64,000 nucleotides of DNA from a virus. The position numbers and the translations under genes were made by a program. Shown piece after piece: positions 49,868-60,907 of the stretch; position 1 is the first letter of the stretch, and each line of letters starts with the position of its first letter. Below the pieces are notes generated by a model. The model made no database searches. It was not told the origin of the DNA and worked only from the letters and a program-made list of their open reading frames with translations. The stretch lies in the IMG/VR virus record IMGVR_UViG_3300025137_004926, one strand, 5' to 3'.

Positions 49868-50938
49868 TTATTTAACCTTAAACTTCGTTACTTCTGTGTC
49901 AGATACACAACTACACCATGTTTGTGGGCATATTCTTCCATCAATAGGGAAGTCTATTTCATCTGGTTTGTTTATATTTCCATGTGATAAGTTTAGAAAA
50001 CAACTATTACCACTTGTGACTGTTCCATTTAAATTGACAACTAATGCTTCTATACCAATCATACACTTCCAGCCTTTCCATGAGTTATGACCTTGTTCCA
50101 TTATATGATTTGCATTCTGAAATGATTCTGATTTGCCTGTCTTTGTGTTTATATATCGCATTTGCTTACCAAAGTTCTTTCTTTTAAACTTCTTTACTGT
50201 CATCATATGCTCAGATACATTTTCAACTGCGTCATCTATCTCTTGTCGATACTTTGTCTGCCCATCCCATTGTCTTAATTTATCAAAGGCACCTTCTGGA
50301 TATACAAATGTATTATCACTGCCTAATGTCTCTTGTAATGCTTTCGAATTATGAACTATGCACTTAGAATTCTCATGGTAATATTGAGCCGCTTCATAAT
50401 TTAATTCTATTAACGGAGGATATATAGCTGACTGAATAGAACATATCGTTCCCTTGTCAGTAAGTATGTTTGATACCTCTGTTACATGTTTATAGTCTGC
50501 ACTTTGTGGATGATAACTTATAATAACTTCATCAAATATGTTTGCATTCTTCTCCCACCATCGTAGGGTTCTTGAACCGTTAGTCAATATTCTTACGCTG
50601 GCATTTGGGTCGTATGCTTTCATCTTATGAAATACTTCCTCAAACTTAGGCCAGACTGTAGGTTCACCACCTAACAAGTTCCATAGTATTCTCTTACCAG
50701 GAGCAACAACTCTATAATGGTCTGTTAATCTTTTAGTGAACTTTAGAAATATATCTACATCAGGCCAAGGCTGACTACCATCATGAAAGTAATCATCACA
50801 ATATGTACAGGCATAGTTACAAGTATTCCCCATCATCCAATCAACGATAATGTAATCATTTCCAGCAATAGGCTCGTATCTATCATACATATCGTGGTAT
50901 GAAGTATTTGCTTTCATCCTGAGTTTTAATTCAGCCAT
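49868..50938 (-). CDS. Radical SAM protein (type B)
   Basis: WMMGNTCNYACTYC, GGEP, C-terminal Cys cluster. Confidence 0.88.
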   Translation of the reverse strand: MAELKLRMKANTSYHDMYDRYEPIAGNDYIIVDWMMGNTCNYACTYCDDYFHDGSQPWPDVDIFLKFTKRLTDHYRVVAPGKRILWNLLGGEPTVWPKFEEVFHKMKAYDPNASVRILTNGSRTLRWWEKNANIFDEVIISYHPQSADYKHVTEVSNILTDKGTICSIQSAIYPPLIELNYEAAQYYHENSKCIVHNSKALQETLGSDNTFVYPEGAFDKLRQWDGQTKYRQEIDDAVENVSEHMMTVKKFKRKNFGKQMRYINTKTGKSESFQNANHIMEQGHNSWKGWKCMIGIEALVVNLNGTVTSGNSCFLNLSHGNINKPDEIDFPIDGRICPQTWCSCVSDTEVTKFKVK

Positions 50939-52026
50939 TACTTGAACTGCTCCGCAAATGCATCAAACTCTTTACCACATTTCTGTGAACATACCATAGG
51001 TTTGCCTGCATGTACATTTGGTTTACTCCAACTATCTACTAATCTATTAGAAAAGTATTCATTGTTTAATACATATTCTATTCCATGTTTCTTTGCATCG
51101 AATTCATCTTTGCCACCTGACTGTTGTATTAATTCCCACACTTGGTTCTCACCAGGCTTCTGCCACCACTTATACATACTACCTGCGACCCAACAACAAG
51201 GAAGAATTAATCCTTCTGCACTAATATACATATTCTTTTCTGCCGCTACTTTACAACTAATCTGTACATTATCAAAATACTTTTCTAGTGATCCGTGTTT
51301 TGTTTTAATCTCTGTAATCTTGTCTAATGCTTTGTTCTGATACTTTACCTCTTTTGGTTGTTGTAGTAATTGTGTTTCAGCACCTTTTCTATTCTTTGCT
51401 TGGTGTTCATCTTTCTTCACTTGTTTCATTGTAGAAAAGAAACGACCTGTTTTCTTTGGTATGAATTTCTTAAAGCCTGTTTTCTCTGCTAATGCTCTGG
51501 CTTCTTCTACTTGATGTTCATTGTGTTCAAAGATTAAATAGTCCCAATGTGCTTTGCCACCTGCTTCAATAAACGCTACTGCATTTTCCCACGCTATATC
51601 CCAATTAACATTTTGTCTATATAAGTGATTTGTATCTTTCAGTCCATCAAATCCAAACTTAACATAACTCCAATTGCCTAATGTCTTTGCTAATTCTCTC
51701 CACCACTCTGGTCTCTTTGCACCAGCGTTGGTATTCATTCCTAGCGTTAACTCTCGCTTCTGTGAACGAAAGTATTGCATAACTTCTAATGTGTCTTTAG
51801 CAACAATCGGATCACCAAAGTTACCACACATATAAATTCTTTCTAACTGCTTTACAAACTCTGGAGGCATCATCTCCTGAACGTCTTGCAATGACAATTC
51901 ATGCATACCAAGATTAGGATTATCTTTACCACCATGTACATTTCTATCGCACATAGGACAAGCGGCCTGACACTTTTCAGTTATTTCTAGGTGTATCGCT
52001 CTTACGTCATTATAACTGTAAATCAT
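50938..52026 (-). CDS. Radical SAM/SPASM protein (type C)
   Basis: LEITEKCQAACPMC, GNFGDP, PCC..CSQKC. Confidence 0.88.
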   Translation of the reverse strand: MIYSYNDVRAIHLEITEKCQAACPMCDRNVHGGKDNPNLGMHELSLQDVQEMMPPEFVKQLERIYMCGNFGDPIVAKDTLEVMQYFRSQKRELTLGMNTNAGAKRPEWWRELAKTLGNWSYVKFGFDGLKDTNHLYRQNVNWDIAWENAVAFIEAGGKAHWDYLIFEHNEHQVEEARALAEKTGFKKFIPKKTGRFFSTMKQVKKDEHQAKNRKGAETQLLQQPKEVKYQNKALDKITEIKTKHGSLEKYFDNVQISCKVAAEKNMYISAEGLILPCCWVAGSMYKWWQKPGENQVWELIQQSGGKDEFDAKKHGIEYVLNNEYFSNRLVDSWSKPNVHAGKPMVCSQKCGKEFDAFAEQFK

Positions 52027-53281
52027 TATAATCCTCTTTAATTATATCCCATACTTGAGGAATAAAATCTTTAATGTGTTGTCCTCTGGCTTTATCGAAT
52101 CTTTTAGTCGCTCTTGCTAAATGTTTTGGATGATATTCTTTATCGTCTGATAACGCTTGATTTAACGAAGGCAGAACTCGTTCAGCAAATACATCGTCCC
52201 ATTCTTTAAATCGCTCAATTAATTGTTGTAAGTATGGTTTTCTTATACTAAGAGGAATACTTCGTATCGAATCCCATTCAGGAGCCCTTAAGATTTCTGG
52301 TCTAATTGTGCATCCTATTTCTTTTGCCCACACAACTGTATCATATAAATTAAATAGATTGTAGGCTTGTAATGTAAAACTTATTTCTGATATATTTCTG
52401 TTTGCAATAGTATGATATATTCTTATAGTTTTGTTTATGGTTGAGAACTTTACTGGTGTTCTGATATATTCTACAACTTTGTCTATACCATCAATACTAT
52501 AATTAAATGATATTGCTGAGAACTTAGATAACTTATCTAAGAACCTTTTATTATTATTAGTACAGTTTGTTGTAAAGTGTATCGGCACATCAAAGTATTT
52601 TTTATCAATAAGAATATCTAAAAACTTATCTACCTCTGGCATAATTGTTGGTTCACCACCTAAGAATTTAATTCTATCGCCTTTGTCCGCGGCTTCTAAT
52701 AAGAATTCTATATTACCATCACGTTGAAACACATCTGATTTTCTTATAATGCCATCACCCAATATTGGTTTCATCAATACTCTGTTGTCTTTTATTTCTT
52801 TCTCCATCTGCGAACTTGATACTGGTCCACACATTCTGCACTTCAAGTTACATAAGTTACCCGGTCTGATATCTAAATCTAATGGAGAATTGTGTTGGTT
52901 TCCTGTTTCAACATTAGGAATTAAGTCATCCATATATGTTTCATTGAAGTTTATTCTATCACTTTTACCACCTGCATCTTCAATATTATAACATTTTACA
53001 CAAATATCAGGCTTTTCGTTTCTTAAAAACTGTTCTCTTATATTTTTATAATAGTCATTACTCCAACGTTTCTCTAAGTCTAACTCTGTATCATCTGTTA
53101 CCAAATTATTTTCAGTAGACATACAACAAACTCTTTGACCTTCATTGCTATGAATATACATATGAGAAAACGGAGCCATACAAATATTATTAGTTTTTAC
53201 TGTACCGTCTTGGTACTGTAGCAACAACTCTTTCCATGCTTTTCTATATTCTATGCTTTTGCTTAGGTCATTTGTAATCAC
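52010..53281 (-). CDS. Radical SAM protein with N-terminal Twitch-like domain (type A)
   Basis: ICMAPF..CC..CVKC; CNLKCRMC; GGEP. Confidence 0.88.
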   Translation of the reverse strand: MITNDLSKSIEYRKAWKELLLQYQDGTVKTNNICMAPFSHMYIHSNEGQRVCCMSTENNLVTDDTELDLEKRWSNDYYKNIREQFLRNEKPDICVKCYNIEDAGGKSDRINFNETYMDDLIPNVETGNQHNSPLDLDIRPGNLCNLKCRMCGPVSSSQMEKEIKDNRVLMKPILGDGIIRKSDVFQRDGNIEFLLEAADKGDRIKFLGGEPTIMPEVDKFLDILIDKKYFDVPIHFTTNCTNNNKRFLDKLSKFSAISFNYSIDGIDKVVEYIRTPVKFSTINKTIRIYHTIANRNISEISFTLQAYNLFNLYDTVVWAKEIGCTIRPEILRAPEWDSIRSIPLSIRKPYLQQLIERFKEWDDVFAERVLPSLNQALSDDKEYHPKHLARATKRFDKARGQHIKDFIPQVWDIIKEDYNDLQL

Positions 53282-54693
53282 TACTTTTCCCCGATAATCA
53301 TATAGCGGTTATAATGCTCCAATTCTAATGTTCCGGTAAATATTTCTTTCGACAGTTTTAACTCTTTTGCCCAAGTATCAACGTCTGTCTTAGTATTAAC
53401 GACTGTATCATCTTCATGCTCAATAAAGTCATTATTTTGTAATATCACTAGAGTACCCTTTGGAATAGCATTCCACCATTTATCAAATTCTGCAATATGT
53501 TCGCAACTTGTATTGATTACACATGTTGGATGACCAATAGTATGTGTTGTATTCATTACTTCGAACTTAAGTGCATCACTGTATTTATAATGATTTATTG
53601 GTAGAGTTTCCTCAGAAAACTTCAATTCTGCTACATCTTTGACAAATGATTTGAATTTCATGCTGTCAATTATATATTCTTTATTGAGTGTGTCTGCTGG
53701 ATTATCTGTAGTAGGATCTATATCAAAGCTATAAATGTTCCCTTCAATCTTGCATCTTTCAAATAATAATGCTGGTAACACTCCATACCAACCTGCACAA
53801 GTGTAAATAGTCTTACCTAAGTTTATATCATAATTATTTACAATGTCAATTAACCACAGTTTAGACTGCAACTGTCCTCGACTGAATGCATCAGTCAATG
53901 ATTGACCTTCAAATCTATTAGTCATTTTTTTCATATTCATAGGAATACTATACTTGCCTTCAGTAAGAGTATGAACTAATTCAAATACTTTTGTTTTAAA
54001 TATTGTTGCACTTTTTACGTTAGCAATATCTTCATTTGACTCATCAAAACCCTGAATAACTTTAAATAATAAATATAAGTCTGGATCAGTATCAACTGCA
54101 ATAATATTTTTTAATGCACTTAATATTTCATCACCAGGATATTCAATGTTCATTATTACTCTGAATAATAATTCTGTTTGTGATTTAATAAAATTATGAT
54201 TACCACAAACATTTTTTAATGCACCTAATCCTTCTTCATCATCTATTATTTTTTCTAGTACATTAAATAATAAAAATACTAAGTCTCTATCAAACTCACC
54301 TTCTTCCGCACAAATAGTATTTTTTAAATCATCTAACGTATCAGTATTATCAGGATACATTCCATTCAAAACTCTAAACACAAGATACATTGATTTTCTA
54401 TCAATAGTTTTACATGCCATAAAGTTTCTTAATGCGTCCAATGAATCATCGTTTTGAGATATTTTGTCTAACACTTTAAACAGGACGAATGTGTTATCAC
54501 AAACTTGTCTCTCATAAACGAGATTCATTAGAGCATTTATATTTGCTCTATGTTTCTTACCTAAGAAATAAGAACATAAAGTAAATACGCTACTGAGTTC
54601 CTCAGTATTAACAACTCTTTCTAATTCAGATAGCATAGGTCTACTATTCCCATAAAGGAGATTTAATCTATCTGCAATTTCATACGGCTTCAT
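53281..54693 (-). CDS. Helical-repeat plus SAM-dependent methyltransferase-like protein
   Basis: N-terminal LFxV..ALKN repeats; AGWYG, SFDID, INTSCEH. Confidence 0.6.
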   Translation of the reverse strand: MKPYEIADRLNLLYGNSRPMLSELERVVNTEELSSVFTLCSYFLGKKHRANINALMNLVYERQVCDNTFVLFKVLDKISQNDDSLDALRNFMACKTIDRKSMYLVFRVLNGMYPDNTDTLDDLKNTICAEEGEFDRDLVFLLFNVLEKIIDDEEGLGALKNVCGNHNFIKSQTELLFRVIMNIEYPGDEILSALKNIIAVDTDPDLYLLFKVIQGFDESNEDIANVKSATIFKTKVFELVHTLTEGKYSIPMNMKKMTNRFEGQSLTDAFSRGQLQSKLWLIDIVNNYDINLGKTIYTCAGWYGVLPALLFERCKIEGNIYSFDIDPTTDNPADTLNKEYIIDSMKFKSFVKDVAELKFSEETLPINHYKYSDALKFEVMNTTHTIGHPTCVINTSCEHIAEFDKWWNAIPKGTLVILQNNDFIEHEDDTVVNTKTDVDTWAKELKLSKEIFTGTLELEHYNRYMIIGEK

Positions 54694-55640
54694 TACTTTA
54701 GCCCCATTTTCATAAAGAATTGTTTTTCTCCAACTGTAATTACTCCACTGTATTGTTCAAATGACATTGGAAATCTTAAGTTGAAATTTTGTGAACTTGG
54801 AAATGGTCTAGGAACATCACCAGTTTCACCAACTACTATTACTCTTTTTGTATCTGGAATCATTTCATACCAATCCTGGAAATTAGTTAAATGACTGACA
54901 CTACAATTAATAATAGTACCTGGTATCTCTGTATACGGACTAGATAATCTACCGTTCTGTAAACGTGTTTGAAACTCATTTTCAATATAATTAACATTGA
55001 ATAAGTCTTGAGTATTCGCTTTAAATCTCCAGTCATGTAATAATTCTTTTTTGTGAAATTCATCTGCTAAGAACTGACACGTTCCATTAATATCAAATGA
55101 ACGAATATTTTCAAATCGCATCTTAGTATCTAAGAACATAGAACCTAATAATCCCATGCCTCCACCTAACAAATAAACTACACCAATATATTTCTGTCCA
55201 TATATGTAAATCATTTGCTGTATAATCCAACTATACAACTTTGCATTGTCTCTGTTTGCAAAAGTACTGATATCCACATTAGGATAATTGTAAATTAAAT
55301 CTTTAAATCTATCTACAATCAAATCATTGTCTGTTAAATTAACGTGTGCTAAGAATTCCATTGCACATCGGTAATTAAATAATTGTTGGCTTACATTTTC
55401 TTTTGAATATTCGACTGCCATCTTCTGATAGTCGTAATCTTTTACAAGTAGGTCACGCTTTTTTCTTGTTCTTTTACTCGTTACTTCTTTTTCTACAATA
55501 GATTGTCCTTCAGGGATTTCAGGCACTAATTCTGAACTGATATCTACTGACGGATCATCTTTGCTTTCATAAAGGTCATCTGATTTAGTAATCTTAGATT
55601 TATCAAACCGTGACTTCCTTCTTTCTTTTATATTACTCAT
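54693..55640 (-). CDS. Methyltransferase-like paralog, possibly degenerate
   Basis: LGGGMG, SFDIN, INCSVSH. Confidence 0.55.
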   Translation of the reverse strand: MSNIKERRKSRFDKSKITKSDDLYESKDDPSVDISSELVPEIPEGQSIVEKEVTSKRTRKKRDLLVKDYDYQKMAVEYSKENVSQQLFNYRCAMEFLAHVNLTDNDLIVDRFKDLIYNYPNVDISTFANRDNAKLYSWIIQQMIYIYGQKYIGVVYLLGGGMGLLGSMFLDTKMRFENIRSFDINGTCQFLADEFHKKELLHDWRFKANTQDLFNVNYIENEFQTRLQNGRLSSPYTEIPGTIINCSVSHLTNFQDWYEMIPDTKRVIVVGETGDVPRPFPSSQNFNLRFPMSFEQYSGVITVGEKQFFMKMGLK

Positions 55641-58600
55641 TGCTAAAGTCCTGTTTAAATTGTGTGGTTAACCAATCATAATCATTGATTAGACCTAGTT
55701 TTTCTGGGTTGTCTGCGTTCTCACTGCCAAACTTTCTACCAGCGTTTGCTCCTGCAAGTGAATACTTACCATGTTTGACGTTCTCATCAGCAACAGTACA
55801 CCAAGTATCCATTCGTTCTTTATCCTCATCTGCTCTGAGATTATGAATAATACCTGAACTTAACTTAGTACACTCTCTGAAAGCAGACTTCCAGGTGTCA
55901 TACGGGTTAGTATTAAATGCGGTGTAGTTAGCAACTACAGGCATAGGTTTAAACTTGTCTGAAATTGACGTTGTAAAGTCAATATTCCAATCTGTTGCAT
56001 CACGCAATAATTGTGTTGGGAATAATTTAAGTCCACCGAAACCATATATTAATCCATTAATAGGATTTTTAGATTTCCACACATGAACTGCATCTTCATC
56101 CCATACAGTAGGAAAGTATTGGAAATCAAACTCATCTAATAGTATTGCATCTGCATCTAGTACATAAAACATCTTAGTATCTGCAACTTCGGCCGCACGT
56201 TTATGAGCATTAAAAATACCTTTAACACCGTGAACTCGTTTTGCATTTGGTACACGTGAAAGCAACTTAGCATAGTTTTCATCTGCTTCTTTTTCACGAT
56301 AGGAAAGAAACACTACATCAAAAGGGATATCGGCTGATGAAGGCGTCTTTGATTTGACTGGCTTTTTATTCTTAAAATTCATCTTACGAATTTTATCATC
56401 ATCCGGCTTCAATTTTTTTAGAGCGGCAGTGGGTATAAGGCTAAGTCCACCATATTGATGAATATAACCAGTGTAGGGATTAGACTTCGGCCATAAATGA
56501 AAATGTGATTTATGGTGTCTGTCTACATAGAATGTTCTACTGAAATCTTTTGTTAATTCTACGTCATTATTAATAGCCCAAAAATAACCTGACTTAGACA
56601 TTCCTGCGGCTTTCAAATATGCTTGTGCAAGACCTTTACTTGCATCAACTACATCAATATTCTCATGGTCGTTAAAGTACTTGGCATGTTCTTTATACAT
56701 GCCTTCATCGAAATAAAATGCAGGATGTCCTACAACTCTACTCGCAACTTCATCAACTCTGATAATATTTTTAAATCTATCGAAGGAGAAGTCTTGTTCA
56801 GTGAGTTTAAACTTATCTAAATGAGGTCTATGAACAAGATATACTCCAGCCTCTTTGCCTTCTTCACTTTTAAATGCAAATACGTTTTCGATAGAAAAGA
56901 TATCCGGATAGTAATCAAACTGAAACTCATCTAATAACTCTACCGCGGTATCTATTACCCAATAAAACACTCTACCCTTTGACTGCTTATATGCTTTGAA
57001 AGGATCACGTGTAAAATACTTTTTAATATTATGTTTATCTGGTATTCTCATACCATAATCATCATGCAGATTAACATTTTTTGGATGATAATCTTTATTA
57101 CTGAATGCTAATCCACCATGACCTAAGTCTTTACCTGTTCTTGCACGTTGTCTCCATATATGTGTTGGACCCAAGTTATATAAATCAGGATAAAAATCAT
57201 CAATCATTGGATTAATTAATTTTAAATCTGGATTAACCATCCAGAAAGTATATTCTTTTGCAAGTTTAACTGCTTCTTCAACTGTTCTTGCTTCTACTAT
57301 TTCTATTTCTTTTAATCTACCTACAATTAAATCAATATCTTTTTGTTTTTCTTCATCAGGATTACGAGGAACAAGTCGCACACCGTTACGCACAGGCATA
57401 CCTGTTGATGTATTAACTTTAAAGTTATGAATTGCGTCACTATCATATAACATAGGATAATAACTACAGTCAAAATCTTTTACATCTTCGTGTATCAACC
57501 AATACATTGCTGTATCAACTTTATAATCTAAATCAAATAAATCTTTAGTCCTGACTATAGGATATTCTACATCACGTATTTGGTCATCTTGTTCATAAAT
57601 GGCTTTACGTTTAAAGTTAAACTTGTCGTACTGACTTTCTGTAAATAAATCAATATCAACTCTAAATAAACCTAAACCATAATATTCTCTAGGAGAACCA
57701 TCTTTATTTGTTCGTTGCCAAACAACTATTTGCTGTCTAGCTTCTTCTGTCATAGAAAAATCAAATTCATAATCAAATTTAAAATCCCATATTGCTGTAT
57801 CTGGTGTAATTATATAATAATAATTATATTTTGATTTATTTCTTGCTTGTTCGTGTACTTCTAATGCATTACCAGACAATTTTTTAATTCTGTGTTTAAA
57901 TTTATCTTGTAATTCTTTGAAATTATCTTCACCCCAACCTTTATCCCAGAAAAATATATCATAGTCTGGAATATATGTCATGTCTAATTCATGCTCTTTA
58001 ATATTAAATTCATCGTATTCGGATGCAATATAAATTAAACCCTTACTTAAGACATGGGCAGATACCATATCATATAAATCTGGATACCAGCCAAAAGTAT
58101 GTTCTAAATTTACTTTAGACTGCACTGCTGGATCCACAATAATAGTAGGATACGTTTCAATACGTGAGAGCCCACCTTTTAACGTGCTTGACCTTATTAC
58201 AGGGACACGCTTAAGCCTACCGATACTATCTTGCATATCTTTTTGTTTGTCGATATCTGCATTTTTAGGGACGAGACGGATGCCATTGCGAACTTCTTTA
58301 TTACCTATTGTTACTTTGAAATTATGTATTAAATCTCTGTCATAACTAAAAGGATAATAATCGGTAGTATATTCTTCAACATCCTCATGAATTAGCCAGT
58401 ACATATCCGCATCAACTTCGTGATTTAAATTATGCATATCACGTGTTCTGATAACCGGAAACTCTAAATCTTTGCACATGGCGTCTTTTTCGTAGACTGC
58501 TTTCTTTTTGAAATTAAATATTTCGTATTCACGTTCTTTGAATATAAGGCCTTCTTTAGGAAATAATCCCAGTCCATGATATTCACGTGTTAAATTAGTA

Positions 58601-59304
58601 ATTGGATTTTGTTTTTGCCATACAACTACTTTCTGTTTTTCTTTATCAAGACCAAAGGCAAAAGAATAATCGAATTTAAATTCATCGTATACTTCTGTGT
58701 TTGGATGAATTAAATAATAAAAATCAGTACGGGCTAATTCTCTGCACTTCTTATGTATACTAATATTACTATTACCACTAACTGTTTTTATTTCAGGATA
58801 TTTCTTACGTAAATTTGTTAGATTGGCTGTTCCAAAGTCTTTCTCCCAATAAAAGATATCATATGTTTCTGTGGTTGGTTTATATTTAATTAATTTAGAA
58901 TTATGTTCTTTGAATTCTCCAGTCAAATAATAAGCATCTTTAATATATGCTTCTGACTGTTTAAGAACTTCGCTAGTCTTGAATAGTTTGACACCAACAA
59001 CTGAACGCCATACATTTCTTTCCTCAGCATTCCAAACATGGGTTAAGTCTTGATCCCATTCATTGGTCTGAAAATCATAATCGAACTGCGGATTTACATC
59101 AACATCTGGATCAATAACCCAAAAGTGTTTAGTATTAGCAACGCTACCAATTTTCTTGATTGCTGACGTTATCTTAGGGTCATTCCAATCTTCTAAATTG
59201 ATTTTAACCATACGAAAGTTGGGATACTTTTTCTGTATCCTGTCATACCTTTCATTGGTTTCTCTATCGTTCTTATAGGTTAGAAAGAATCCATCGTAAG
59301 CCAT
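55633..59304 (-). CDS. Large protein of about 10 tandem GT-A-like glycosyltransferase modules
   Basis: Repeated (F/Y)(W/Y)xxxxD..(H/V)xW..GxxL units; last unit FDVVFLSY..FYVLDADA. Confidence 0.65.
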   Translation of the reverse strand: MAYDGFFLTYKNDRETNERYDRIQKKYPNFRMVKINLEDWNDPKITSAIKKIGSVANTKHFWVIDPDVDVNPQFDYDFQTNEWDQDLTHVWNAEERNVWRSVVGVKLFKTSEVLKQSEAYIKDAYYLTGEFKEHNSKLIKYKPTTETYDIFYWEKDFGTANLTNLRKKYPEIKTVSGNSNISIHKKCRELARTDFYYLIHPNTEVYDEFKFDYSFAFGLDKEKQKVVVWQKQNPITNLTREYHGLGLFPKEGLIFKEREYEIFNFKKKAVYEKDAMCKDLEFPVIRTRDMHNLNHEVDADMYWLIHEDVEEYTTDYYPFSYDRDLIHNFKVTIGNKEVRNGIRLVPKNADIDKQKDMQDSIGRLKRVPVIRSSTLKGGLSRIETYPTIIVDPAVQSKVNLEHTFGWYPDLYDMVSAHVLSKGLIYIASEYDEFNIKEHELDMTYIPDYDIFFWDKGWGEDNFKELQDKFKHRIKKLSGNALEVHEQARNKSKYNYYYIITPDTAIWDFKFDYEFDFSMTEEARQQIVVWQRTNKDGSPREYYGLGLFRVDIDLFTESQYDKFNFKRKAIYEQDDQIRDVEYPIVRTKDLFDLDYKVDTAMYWLIHEDVKDFDCSYYPMLYDSDAIHNFKVNTSTGMPVRNGVRLVPRNPDEEKQKDIDLIVGRLKEIEIVEARTVEEAVKLAKEYTFWMVNPDLKLINPMIDDFYPDLYNLGPTHIWRQRARTGKDLGHGGLAFSNKDYHPKNVNLHDDYGMRIPDKHNIKKYFTRDPFKAYKQSKGRVFYWVIDTAVELLDEFQFDYYPDIFSIENVFAFKSEEGKEAGVYLVHRPHLDKFKLTEQDFSFDRFKNIIRVDEVASRVVGHPAFYFDEGMYKEHAKYFNDHENIDVVDASKGLAQAYLKAAGMSKSGYFWAINNDVELTKDFSRTFYVDRHHKSHFHLWPKSNPYTGYIHQYGGLSLIPTAALKKLKPDDDKIRKMNFKNKKPVKSKTPSSADIPFDVVFLSYREKEADENYAKLLSRVPNAKRVHGVKGIFNAHKRAAEVADTKMFYVLDADAILLDEFDFQYFPTVWDEDAVHVWKSKNPINGLIYGFGGLKLFPTQLLRDATDWNIDFTTSISDKFKPMPVVANYTAFNTNPYDTWKSAFRECTKLSSGIIHNLRADEDKERMDTWCTVADENVKHGKYSLAGANAGRKFGSENADNPEKLGLINDYDWLTTQFKQDFSNE

Positions 59305-59341
59305 TGTTGTCCTGTCATGTTCATACTGTTATTATAGCAGA

Positions 59342-60907
59342 TTAAGTCTTGCTTGTAAAGACCAAAGTTTTATAATAAGTCGCAAAATCCTTAGCATCTT
59401 GCTCATTATTGACGATTGGCATACCCTTGATATTGAGTGATGTATTAACTAACATAGGACAACCAGTTTTATCATGAAATCGTGTTAATAATTCATGTAG
59501 ACCTGCATGTTGTTCTTTGTTAACTGTTTGCACACGTGAAGTACCGTCTTTGTGAATAATTGCTGGGAAGTCTTTTGGATGCTTACATTTTGCAATAAAT
59601 TGCATGTAAGGACCTGATGGACCGTCAAAGTATTCATCGACATATTCTTCTAATATCATAGGAGCAAATGGTCTAAACTTTTGTCTGCGTTTTATTTCAT
59701 TCAGTGTATCTTTTATATCATTGCCTCTAGGATCTGCACACAATGTACGATTGCCTAATGCACGTGGACCAAACTCTGCACGACCTGATGCAATACCACA
59801 AATAGACCCTTTGAGTACGGCATTTAATACATCTTCGACAGGATACTTTCCAGGTATGTCATGTCCAAGATATGGGTTGTTCCATTTAATTCTTTCACTT
59901 GAATATTTCTGAGTGACACCGATACAACTACCTGCATCACCTGGATTAGGCATAATCCATACTGACTTGAAATAATCTTTTATTATACTATTCGCACTAC
60001 AATTTAAAGCACAACCACCCATAAGAACTAAGTTCTCTGAGTGACATTTTAATTTAGCTTTAATTAATATTTCGGATAGTATCATTTCATACACATACTG
60101 CGTTGCGGCGGCTATGTCGAATAAATCTTGTTCTTCTGTTAATTCAGGTAAGAACCATCGACAACCACGATGCAAATTCTGTGTAAATTTAATTAGGGTA
60201 GAATTCGGCACAGTATATCCAACTAACCCAGATTCATGTAGAATACCGAACTCATCATATATATGTTGAATTAATTCTTTACCTTCATGCAATCTATGTG
60301 GATCACCATAAGCGGCCATACCCATTAAAATATATTCATCTTCTTGTGGCTTTAATCCAAGACGTTGAGTCATTGCTGAATAGAATAAACCTATTGAACT
60401 TGGATATGCTTGAGAATATACTTTCTCTAATCTCATTCCACGTCCTTTCCAGAACGTAAGTGTTTCGAATTCTCCTATTGAATCGATAACAACTATCGTA
60501 GCTTCATCATACGGCGAAGTAAAGTAACCACTTGCGGCATGAGTATAATGATGCTTTTGATATTTAATTGGAATATGTTTTAATTGTGGAAACTTTTCTA
60601 AGTATTGACTCGGTAATTCTTTAGTATCTAAACTTAAATTCCATTGACCTGCACGTAATTGACGTAATTTTTTAAGCATTGGCTTCTCATACCAAGCAAT
60701 TATATCAGGCTTACCACCATAACTAATAGCATCATTTAATAATGCTTCATTTAAATCAGGGTCGTTTTTCTTTTTTGAGTATCTTTCTGCATGACCGGCA
60801 AATTTAATATCGCCCTCATGAACGATAGCAACTGCGGCATCGTGGTTAATAGCACCACTGATACCCATTATAACAGGCTCTCGCCTATTTATAAATGAAT
60901 GGATCAC
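59342..60907 (-). CDS. Carbamoyltransferase (NodU/CmcH family)
   Basis: HDAA..ERYS, HHYTHAAS, DSIGE, MGMAAYG, GGCALN, EFGPRALGNR, NTSLN; true start may be ATG 60868. Confidence 0.93.
   Translation of the reverse strand: MIHSFINRREPVIMGISGAINHDAAVAIVHEGDIKFAGHAERYSKKKNDPDLNEALLNDAISYGGKPDIIAWYEKPMLKKLRQLRAGQWNLSLDTKELPSQYLEKFPQLKHIPIKYQKHHYTHAASGYFTSPYDEATIVVIDSIGEFETLTFWKGRGMRLEKVYSQAYPSSIGLFYSAMTQRLGLKPQEDEYILMGMAAYGDPHRLHEGKELIQHIYDEFGILHESGLVGYTVPNSTLIKFTQNLHRGCRWFLPELTEEQDLFDIAAATQYVYEMILSEILIKAKLKCHSENLVLMGGCALNCSANSIIKDYFKSVWIMPNPGDAGSCIGVTQKYSSERIKWNNPYLGHDIPGKYPVEDVLNAVLKGSICGIASGRAEFGPRALGNRTLCADPRGNDIKDTLNEIKRRQKFRPFAPMILEEYVDEYFDGPSGPYMQFIAKCKHPKDFPAIIHKDGTSRVQTVNKEQHAGLHELLTRFHDKTGCPMLVNTSLNIKGMPIVNNEQDAKDFATYYKTLVFTSKT

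Noticed and set aside
41948-53281. Classical RiPP cluster
   Set aside because: No RRE/PqqD domain, clear leader-core precursor, dedicated peptidase or exporter in the operon; small ORFs kept only as weak candidates
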